Positions 16,695 to 22,715 of a DNA stretch of 45,071 nt are shown piece by piece. The stretch lies in NCBI GenBank assembly GCA_964201945.1, contig CAXNIC010000003.1:1-45071 (forward strand), read 5' to 3'. The position numbers were made by a program, and so were the translations under genes. The notes beneath the pieces were generated by a model. It was not told where the DNA came from, made no database searches, and worked only from the letters and a program-made list of their open reading frames with translations. Origin of the DNA: Alphaproteobacteria bacterium (GTDB lineage Bacteria; Pseudomonadota; Alphaproteobacteria; SHVZ01). Within the stretch, counting starts at the first letter, position 1; the number at the start of each line of letters is the position of its first letter.

Positions 16695-17222
16695 TCAGAC
16701 GTCGCCGCGCGAGATCGCTTCATGGAGCGGCACGGCGGCGTCGACCATCTTTCCTGCGAGCTCCTGAGCCTCCTCGATAGTCAGAGGCTCCCGGAGATTG
16801 TGCAGGCGGTTGGCGATCGGACCGAAGGCTCGGATCACCCCCTCCAAGATTGAGCGTGGAGTAGGGCGAGGCGGGGCGACGACCGGTATCGCGCGGCCCT
16901 TCTCATGGGCAGCGACCAGCGCCTTGAACTCTGGCCTCGCGGCCAACCAGTTGCAGACGAGCCGCACGTTGGTGTCGGTCGTCGGCGCCAGAGCTGTACC
17001 GGGGTCAGACACGAATGCGATGATCTTTGCGGCCGCCTCGTCGTAGTCCGGTCCCGCATGTATCAGCGCAGTATTTGCCAGCATCTCCTCGTTCGGTCGG
17101 GGAGCGAGGTCGAAGCCAGTGGCCGTGGCGATGATGCTGCCGGTGGCATCGTTCGAGTAGACTTTGCCTGGCAGCGTCGGGTCTAGCAACCACGGTCCTT
17201 TGGTGAACTTTGGCAGGGACAT
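16695..17222 (-). CDS. Hypothetical protein, T.GPW...AN..LI family
   Basis: FTKGPW and ANTALIHAGPD. Confidence 0.75.
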   Translation of the reverse strand: MSLPKFTKGPWLLDPTLPGKVYSNDATGSIIATATGFDLAPRPNEEMLANTALIHAGPDYDEAAAKIIAFVSDPGTALAPTTDTNVRLVCNWLAARPEFKALVAAHEKGRAIPVVAPPRPTPRSILEGVIRAFGPIANRLHNLREPLTIEEAQELAGKMVDAAVPLHEAISRGDV

Positions 17223-17230
17223 TTCGTCCT

Positions 17231-17264
17231 CCTCATCAGTTGGAGACCGGCTAGGCCGGTTTCG
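17231..17264 (-). ncRNA. Hammerhead-like element 32
   Basis: Consensus copy; TAG in loop III. Confidence 0.65.
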
Positions 17265-17625
17265 GTGTGGTGAGCCTGGCGCTCTTGAAGAACTCCGCGG
17301 ACTGCTCCGGGATGTCGGAGGTGTCGATCGCCTCGTGCCGCAGCAGCTGCTTGGCGCTGACCCACGCCGTGAGGGCGTCGGCCACCGTCGCCCTTTTGTC
17401 GCCGAGCATGGCCCGGGCAACGGCATCAGACAGGTCATCGCCCGCCTTGAGCAGCTGGGGAGCCGCCATGATCAGGTGAGCGTTCTCGATGTCGGTATCG
17501 GTGATATTGCCACCGCCGCGGGGGAACACCGTCGCGTGCGGCATGTAGCCGACTTCTGCGATGGCGATCGCCTGCTTGGTCAATCGGATCTCCCATGGCA
17601 TGGGCGTGTGATTGACGTCGGGCAT
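17251..17625 (-). CDS. Hypothetical protein, T.GPW...NA.LI.AAP.LL family
   Basis: HTPMPW and ENAHLIMAAPQLL; ends PKPA*. Confidence 0.75.
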   Translation of the reverse strand: MPDVNHTPMPWEIRLTKQAIAIAEVGYMPHATVFPRGGGNITDTDIENAHLIMAAPQLLKAGDDLSDAVARAMLGDKRATVADALTAWVSAKQLLRHEAIDTSDIPEQSAEFFKSARLTTPKPA

Positions 17626-17632
17626 GTCATCT

Positions 17633-17669
17633 CCTCATCAGGTTGAACGACCGGGTCTCCCCGGTTTCG
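17633..17669 (-). ncRNA. Hammerhead-like element 33
   Basis: GAGA (GNRA) loop III. Confidence 0.65.
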
Positions 17670-17670
17670 A

Positions 17671-17883
17671 TCAGGCGATCGCCATCAGGAGCTCCTCGGC
17701 TCCGTAGACGAACGGCCCGCCGCACTTCGCGCAATCGTAGTCGCGCGCGTCCGGCTCGCACCCGTCAGCTTCGGTTCCGCAGCTGGTGCAGAAGCCGACG
17801 TTGTCGAGCCCCTGGTTCGAGCGCTGCACGCCGTCCATGATGACGTCCGGCGTGAGGCTCGCGTGCATAGGCTTGCACAGCAT
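17671..17883 (-). CDS. Small zinc-ribbon protein
   Basis: GFCTSCG...CEPDARDYDCAKCG...VYGAEE. Confidence 0.75.
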   Translation of the reverse strand: MLCKPMHASLTPDVIMDGVQRSNQGLDNVGFCTSCGTEADGCEPDARDYDCAKCGGPFVYGAEELLMAIA

Positions 17884-17894
17884 GGCTGTCTCCT

Positions 17895-17930
17895 AAAAGA
17901 AAAAGGGCCCGATGATCTCTCATCAGGCCC
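17895..17930 (-). terminator. Intrinsic terminator overlapping a hammerhead-like core
   Basis: GGGCCUGAUGA-GAGA-UCAUCGGGCCC followed by UUUUUCUUUU. Confidence 0.8.
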
Positions 17931-17958
17931 TCGGGCAACCGGGTTGACCCCGGTTTCG
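17918..17958 (-). ncRNA. Hammerhead-like element 34 (GUU triplet)
   Basis: CGAAAC CGGG/CCCG GUU GCC-CGAG-GGC CUGAUGAG; GUU still satisfies NUH. Confidence 0.62.
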
Positions 17959-17960
17959 AC

Positions 17961-18437
17961 TTATGCGGCGACGTCCAGCCGCTCGGGCTTGGACATCGAG
18001 CTCGGCTCGATCGTCGCCATCAGGTGGAACTCGACGAAGCGGCTGGGGTCCAGCATGAACCCCGGCCGGTCGAGATCGAGATTGACCAGCCCGGACGACG
18101 CCGGCGGGACTCCGTCGGCGACGCTGAGCGTGATGTGGTACGGCTTGCCGTCCTGCCGGAAGGGCTGTGCGCCCTCGAGCATGACGCCGAGCGAGTCCAC
18201 GCGGTCGTCGACGTGACGGCCGTAGATGGTGACCAGGATGGGCTTCCCCGTCCGGATCTTCTGAGCGATCTCCGCGGGCAGGCCCTGGAGCGCCTCCTCC
18301 CTCGACTTCGCCCCGTAGCCGAGCGTCACATGGAACGCGTGGCCGTTGGGGTGCCGAGGCGGATGGTTCTTCAGGACATGCGCCCGCAGGGTCTGCGGCA
18401 GAACCAGCTTCACGATGAAGGGTCTCTGCTTGCTCAT
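17961..18437 (-). CDS. 2H phosphoesterase family protein
   Basis: Two HxT motifs: FHVTL and YHITL(S...GVPP..S). Confidence 0.75.
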   Translation of the reverse strand: MSKQRPFIVKLVLPQTLRAHVLKNHPPRHPNGHAFHVTLGYGAKSREEALQGLPAEIAQKIRTGKPILVTIYGRHVDDRVDSLGVMLEGAQPFRQDGKPYHITLSVADGVPPASSGLVNLDLDRPGFMLDPSRFVEFHLMATIEPSSMSKPERLDVAA

Positions 18438-18446
18438 GGTGTAGCT

Positions 18447-18496
18447 CCTCATCAGATGCCAGCGGATTGCTGGTCGACCAGCCGAGGCTGGTTTCG
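18447..18496 (-). ncRNA. Hammerhead-like element 35
   Basis: Stem III CAGCC/GGCUG; stem I CCAGC/GCUGG. Confidence 0.67.
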
Positions 18497-18715
18497 TCAG
18501 GACCGTGCAGCCTTGACGAGCTGCACCATCGAGGTGAGCAGAAAGCGCTGCTCCTGCATGATGGCGTCGAGCACGATGTCGCGCACGTCGACCGGGACGA
18601 GCTCGGCGACCATTGACGATTTCGAGAAGGCCTCGTAGGCCCGCTCGCTCTCGGCGAAGCGCTTCGCGTCCAGGCACAGGCCGTTGGTGACATGGCTCGG
18701 CAATGGCTTAGACAT
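18497..18715 (-). CDS. Hypothetical protein
   Basis: 72 aa; TGA abuts CGAAAC. Confidence 0.68.
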   Translation of the reverse strand: MSKPLPSHVTNGLCLDAKRFAESERAYEAFSKSSMVAELVPVDVRDIVLDAIMQEQRFLLTSMVQLVKAARS

Positions 18716-18723
18716 TTCTGTCT

Positions 18724-18760
18724 CCTCATCAGGTTGTTCGACCGGCCGAAGCCGGTTTCG
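18724..18760 (-). ncRNA. Hammerhead-like element 36
   Basis: UUCG loop III; GAACAAC stem I. Confidence 0.65.
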
Positions 18761-19000
18761 TCAGTCGCCCGCGGCCGCTTGGGGAGCAGCCTTCGCGGCG
18801 ATGCGCTTCATGCGGCGCTGGAAGTTGCGGATGAATTGCCTGGTCACGTGGACCTCGCTGTCGAGGTCGTTGACCGCGTAGGCCAGCCGTTTCGTCGGCC
18901 AGCACTTGACCACGGCGGCGCCGGCTCCGGCCAGCCACTCCAGGCGCTGCAGCGTCTTCCGCAGTTCCTCCAGGAGCTGCTGCTCGGTGATTTTTGCCAT
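18761..19000 (-). CDS. Hypothetical protein
   Basis: 79 aa; GGAGG SD. Confidence 0.7.
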   Translation of the reverse strand: MAKITEQQLLEELRKTLQRLEWLAGAGAAVVKCWPTKRLAYAVNDLDSEVHVTRQFIRNFQRRMKRIAAKAAPQAAAGD

Positions 19001-19018
19001 ATTTGTCCTCCGGACGTG

Positions 19019-19053
19019 AAAAGGGCCGCGGTGAGATTATCACCACGGCCCTT
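19019..19053 (-). terminator. Probable intrinsic terminator/hairpin
   Basis: AAGGGCCGUGGUGA-uaauc-UCACCGCGGCCCUU-UU; short U tract. Confidence 0.6.
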
Positions 19054-19071
19054 GTCGGTTGTGCGCCAGGC

Positions 19072-19281
19072 TTAGTCGGCCTGGGCGGTCTCGGTCGGCG
19101 TCTTGGTCATCAGCGCCTTGCCGGCGCTGACCGCCTTGTCGAAGCCGCGCTGGGCGGCCTCGTAACCGCCGCTCGCCTGCACGGCCTTGTGAGCCAGGTA
19201 GGCGGGCGTCGCGACGATGGCGGCCGCGATCTCGGTCCCGTTGGAGGGCTTGAGGGCGGCGGCCAGCTTGTTGAAGTTCAT
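19072..19281 (-). CDS. Hypothetical protein (paralog of 19844..20077)
   Basis: MNFNK start with GGAG SD; LKPSNGTEIAAAIVATPAY. Confidence 0.7.
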   Translation of the reverse strand: MNFNKLAAALKPSNGTEIAAAIVATPAYLAHKAVQASGGYEAAQRGFDKAVSAGKALMTKTPTETAQAD

Positions 19282-19297
19282 GACTGTCTCCAGTTTT

Positions 19298-19373
19298 GAG
19301 AGTTTCGGTCCTTGCCGAGGACCTCGTCGGGCGACGTCTGCATCCGGGATGGATGCTGGCTGTCGCGACTCTC
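19298..19373 (-). ncRNA. Complete type III hammerhead-like fold (U4C core variant)
   Basis: GAGAGU-C-GCGAC[..GCAUCC/GGAUGC..]GUCGC-CCGACGA-GGUCCU-cggca-AGGACC-GAA-ACUCUC; all three stems are 5-6 bp. Confidence 0.75.
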
Positions 19374-19764
19374 TTCCTTTCGCGCGCTCCCTGCCCAGGG
19401 AAGGCAACGCCACGGCTTGCGGCTACCGTGCGCGACCGGCCGCCGAGAGGGCGTGGCGGATCATTTCGTCAATTTCTGACGAGATCTGCCACGAAGTCCT
19501 CGCGGGCTTGGTACTGGCCGGACCGACTGCATCTCGGCGCTTCTCGATCGAGGGTGGGTCTGCCGGAGCCCAAGATCGCGGTGGTCTGCGAAGGTGCTCC
19601 CATCGAAGGGCGCCTCCCGCGTGCGCTTCTGCACGCGGCCCAGGCGGCCGGTCACAATTCTCGATCTAGTCGGGTTTGGTTTCGGCACCTGCCAGGGTGC
19701 CCAAGGCTCGTCTAAGAGCTCGTCAGGCGACTTCGGATCGAGATACTCTGATCCAGGCTGTCAC
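19367..19764 (-). ncRNA. Putative ~398-nt structured ncRNA between two hammerhead-like cleavage sites
   Basis: No convincing ORF; many hairpins (e.g. 19452-19493); bounded by two GUC sites. Confidence 0.5.
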
Positions 19765-19773
19765 GACCGCCCA
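19671..19773 (-). ncRNA. Type III hammerhead-like fold with branched stem II region
   Basis: GGU-C-GUGAC[..GGAUC/GAUCC..]GUCGC-CUGACGA-[GCUC/GAGC]-[GGCACC/GGUGCC]-GAA-ACC; stem I homologous to 19298..19373. Confidence 0.55.
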
Positions 19774-19843
19774 TGTTGACCCTGGGCTGGTATCGTCCGA
19801 CGCTGTTGCGCGCCGGCACCGCCGGTCTGGCGGGTTTCAGCAG

Positions 19844-20077
19844 TCACTCGGCCGGATGCTTGGCATCGTACTCGGCGCGAGCGGCGGACATGCGCCGGTA
19901 GTGTCCGGCGGCGGTGGCGACCACCGCGTAGGCGGGGGGCGCCGCGATCATCGCGGCGACCTGGAGGCCGTTGGCGGGCTTCAGGTCTGCCTTCATCGTC
20001 TCGATCTTCACGTCGACCTTGGAAACGGCCAGGTAGCAGGACGCTTCGCGAGCGATGATGTGCTTGATCGGCTTCAT
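19844..20077 (-). CDS. Hypothetical protein (paralog of 19072..19281)
   Basis: GAGGAG SD; LKPANGLQVAAMIAAPPAY. Confidence 0.7.
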   Translation of the reverse strand: MKPIKHIIAREASCYLAVSKVDVKIETMKADLKPANGLQVAAMIAAPPAYAVVATAAGHYRRMSAARAEYDAKHPAE

Positions 20078-20101
20078 GATTGTCTCCTCGTTGTGGCGGC
20101 C

Positions 20102-20389
20102 TCAGCCGCCGGTTTGCTTGTTCGTCCGCTCCAGGGCCCACCTCATCCGCTTCTCCAGGCTGGGATCGGGGGGGATGCCCTCGATCTCGCCTTTCGAAGC
20201 CTGGTAGACCCCGCGGACCACCGGCATCACCCCGCCTTGCCGATCGGCGAAACCGCCCAGGGGGCCGAGGAACTCTCGGGTCCGGTGTGATTTCGTCATC
20301 TCGGTCAGGACCGTCTTCTCGAAGTCGTTCTTCGCGATCCGGTCAATGCGGGCTAGATGTCGGCGTACTTTCCGTTCCACTTCTGGCAT
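20102..20389 (-). CDS. Hypothetical protein, first gene of the leftward operon
   Basis: 95-aa basic ORF next to the AT-rich region. Confidence 0.65.
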   Translation of the reverse strand: MPEVERKVRRHLARIDRIAKNDFEKTVLTEMTKSHRTREFLGPLGGFADRQGGVMPVVRGVYQASKGEIEGIPPDPSLEKRMRWALERTNKQTGG

Positions 20390-20419
20390 GGGTTGAAGTC
20401 TCCAGGATGTGTGGGGGGA

Positions 20420-20509
20420 GCGTAATCACCCTTGATTACGCACTGTATATATTAGGATTTGTCGCGCTATTTCAAGTAGTTGGCGGTCAAGAATATGAGA
20501 TATTCTTGA
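20420..20509. promoter_or_regulatory. AT-rich divergent control region with two perfect inverted repeats
   Basis: GCGTAATCA-ccct-TGATTACGC (20420-20441) and TCAAGAATAT-gag-ATATTCTTGA (20487-20509). Confidence 0.6.
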
Positions 20510-20668
20510 GTATACAGAGTCATTACTGTCTCTGCGGCGTATTCGCGCACCAATACTGAACGGTATATGTGGTGCATGGTGACAAATTGCCACCGAAATC
20601 TGGTATCTAGCTGTGACTGACCAGTCGACCGCTCGGCAGGCGACGACGCTGGCTCAGGGGGTGGGTGA

Positions 20669-21301
20669 ATGGCAAAGAAGCGGTCCGGACACCGGGCCAG
20701 CAACCACAAGAACGTAGTGATCCAGCTCGTCCGCGACCGGACGACGGGGACGTATGTCGCCGCCAAGGCCAATGACGGCCCGACGCCCGAGCGGATGAAG
20801 AAGCAGGGCGGCTTCCGCAAGGTCCTCCGCGGCGTCTCCCGGTCCGGCGTCGCCATGGCCGAGGGCTATGTCGCGATCGGCGAGAACCCGATCGACTACC
20901 TGGACGAGCGCGGGCTGCTGGGATCAGGGGTGAAGCGCAAGCGCCGCCTCGCCGCCGCCGACTGGGCGCTCCGCATCTACCTGGAGGCCGGCTTCAACCC
21001 CCGCGTCATCATCCGCTATTCCGAGCCGACATCGGGCGGCACCGGCGAGATCTCCGACAGCCGGGCCCGCGCCATGACCAAGTATCGGCGGATGTGGAAG
21101 CAGCTGGTGCTCTCCGACGCCCTCCTCGTGGTGAACACCTGCTGCAAGTACCAGGGCCTGCCCGACAACCGCATCCAGGATCTCTGCGAGGCGCTCGACC
21201 TGGTCGCCCGGTGGCTGCGAATCGAGGGATACATCGCCGGCCGGCTCAAGGCGTGGCTCCCGCCCGGATCGCGGCCGACGTGGGGCGGCGGGAAATCCTA
21301 G
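20669..21301 (+). CDS. DUF6456-like phage protein (possible late regulator)
   Basis: Helical pattern ..RLAAA..AG.. / L.EALD.VA.W; position just upstream of the packaging genes. Confidence 0.5.
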   Translation: MAKKRSGHRASNHKNVVIQLVRDRTTGTYVAAKANDGPTPERMKKQGGFRKVLRGVSRSGVAMAEGYVAIGENPIDYLDERGLLGSGVKRKRRLAAADWALRIYLEAGFNPRVIIRYSEPTSGGTGEISDSRARAMTKYRRMWKQLVLSDALLVVNTCCKYQGLPDNRIQDLCEALDLVARWLRIEGYIAGRLKAWLPPGSRPTWGGGKS

Positions 21302-21323
21302 AGAATCCGCGGGATTGCGCCCC

Positions 21324-21352
21324 TTGACCGCGACACATAATTGCTTGACAAT
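21324..21352 (+). promoter_or_regulatory. Candidate sigma70-type late promoter
   Basis: TTGACC-N17-GACAAT, overlapped by the palindrome TAATTG-cttga-CAATTA. Confidence 0.45.
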
Positions 21353-21537
21353 TACTCCCACGCCCTCCTGCGCCCAAGCGGCATCAGGCGGTGCGCTTTC
21401 CACACCACCAAGCGCGATGTTGTCGCCAGGGCTAGATCTCCTGCCCGGGAGGGATCTCGCGTCTTGCTGTCCTCGCGCCCGCCGGCGACCGGGCCTGGGA
21501 CACTCTCTCGGCTCAGGGCGCCGGGGAAGCGGGCCTC

Positions 21538-21720
21538 ATGGCTGAAATCCTGGACTTCACCGGCGGCCGGCTTTGCGAGGTCTGCGAGCAGCAGATCCCG
21601 CCGAAGCGCTTGGCCGCCGTCCCCGGCACCACCCGCTGCGTCGGCTGTGAAGGGCGCGCGGAGCGCGAGCTCGGGTTCCAGGCAGAGACGATCGACCGGT
21701 CGGTGCGCCGGAATGGCTGA
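21538..21720 (+). CDS. TraR/DksA C4 zinc finger protein
   Basis: CEVCEQQIPPKRLAAVPGTTRCVGC. Confidence 0.85.
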   Translation: MAEILDFTGGRLCEVCEQQIPPKRLAAVPGTTRCVGCEGRAERELGFQAETIDRSVRRNG

Positions 21721-22012
21721 GGTCGTCGCCTTTACGGGCGGCCGCCGCTGCCGCATCTGCTCCGAGCAGATCGGTCATTCTCGGGCCCAGCGCCTGGAGG
21801 CTGTCGAGCAGTTTTACGCGGCTCGGCCCGGCCTCATCGACGCCGAGCGCATGGCCTGCGGCACCGACAACAAGCTGGACAAGGCACGCCAGTGCCAGCG
21901 ATGCCAGGACGCCGACGAGCCGTCGATGGTCCGCTATCTCGGCAGGGCGAACGCCCTGCGGCGCGGTTTTGGGATGTGGCCGGTCATTCCCAGCGATTTT
22001 CCAAGAGGCTGA
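21713..22012 (+). CDS. Divergent TraR/DksA-like zinc finger
   Basis: MAEVVAFTGGRRCRIC..I...RL.AV...CQRC; N-terminus resembles the preceding gene. Confidence 0.6.
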   Translation: MAEVVAFTGGRRCRICSEQIGHSRAQRLEAVEQFYAARPGLIDAERMACGTDNKLDKARQCQRCQDADEPSMVRYLGRANALRRGFGMWPVIPSDFPRG

Positions 22013-22016
22013 GCCC

Positions 22017-22688
22017 ATGGCCAAGGCCAAGGTGAAGCCCACCCCCAATCTCCCGGCCACGATCCTCGCGACCCGGCCGCGGCCTCCTCACCCGATGCTG
22101 GACCCAGCGGCCCCGCCGTTCTTCATGCCCGACAAGGCGCTGGTGAACTGGCTTCGGTCGACCTTCATCGACCCGCAGGGCACGCTCCCGAACCCCGACC
22201 ACGCCCACCTCATGGGGGTGTCGATCGGGGCGCTCTGGACCAACGTCGAGAACACCAAGCGCAACCGCCAGATCCTCGGCACCGCCGAGCTGATCTCCGT
22301 CGGGGGCGACAAATGGACCAAGGGGCGCTTCCTCCAGCAGCTCCGCCAATGGTTCGGGCTGATCCCGACCTTCCTCCTCACCTTCGACGCTCATGCTGCT
22401 GACCACAGCACGGATGCCGAATGGTGCCAGCTGGCCGAACACGAGCTTTATCACTGCGGACCAGAGCTCGATGAGTTCGGCAATCCCAAGTTCGACAAGG
22501 ACGGCTTCCCCTGCTTCGCGATGCGGGGGCACGACGTCGAAGAGTTCACCGGCGTGGTGCGCAGATACGGCGCCCTCCGCCCTGACGTGAAGGCCCTGGT
22601 CGAGGCCGCCAACCAGCCTCGTCCTGACATCGCGCCGGGCCGGATCGCCGCTGCGTGCGGCACCTGCCTCGTGCGCGTCGTCTCCTAG
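22017..22688 (+). CDS. Putative phage metallopeptidase
   Basis: EHELYH (HExxH) and HDVEEF.GVVRRYG. Confidence 0.8.
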   Translation: MAKAKVKPTPNLPATILATRPRPPHPMLDPAAPPFFMPDKALVNWLRSTFIDPQGTLPNPDHAHLMGVSIGALWTNVENTKRNRQILGTAELISVGGDKWTKGRFLQQLRQWFGLIPTFLLTFDAHAADHSTDAEWCQLAEHELYHCGPELDEFGNPKFDKDGFPCFAMRGHDVEEFTGVVRRYGALRPDVKALVEAANQPRPDIAPGRIAAACGTCLVRVVS

Positions 22689-22715
22689 ACGGGGCCGAGA
22701 CGACCGGGGCGTGCC

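Larger units (their letters stand above)
21..18760 (-). repeat. Array of 36 (+1 variant) hammerhead-like intergenic elements delimiting 1-2-gene cassettes
   Basis: Plus-strand pattern (c)ctcNtcag-[5-25 nt]-gac-[hairpin]-gtttcg recurs at almost every gene boundary; minus strand reads CGAAAC-stemIII-GUC-stemI-CUGANGAG. Copies are listed individually. Confidence 0.95.

Noticed and set aside
4714-16853. Long plus-strand ORFs such as 4714..6363, 8288..9784, 10797..11972, 15192..16853
   Set aside because: Antisense shadows of GC-rich minus-strand genes that have SD sites and recognisable motifs.
21-18760. CRISPR array
   Set aside because: Repeats vary in sequence and length, are separated by whole genes of ~150-1300 bp, and no cas genes are visible.
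21-18760. Integron attC cassette array
   Set aside because: The organisation is similar, but the elements lack RYYYAAC...GTTRRRY boxes and a single long imperfect palindrome, and no integron integrase is in the window. A different DNA-level recombination role is not excluded.
21-18760. Box C/D or TIGR-like guide array (UGAUGA/CUGA)
   Set aside because: No fixed short periodicity or guide-length spacers; the variable N7 together with GAAAC and GUH fits a hammerhead core better.
21-18760. Elements as simple Rho-independent terminators
   Set aside because: No U tracts follow the hairpins except at 17895-17930.
19810-19840. Additional element (UGAAAC-CCGCC/GGCGG-UGC)
   Set aside because: No GUH triplet in register and no CUGANGA nearby; at most a degenerate remnant.
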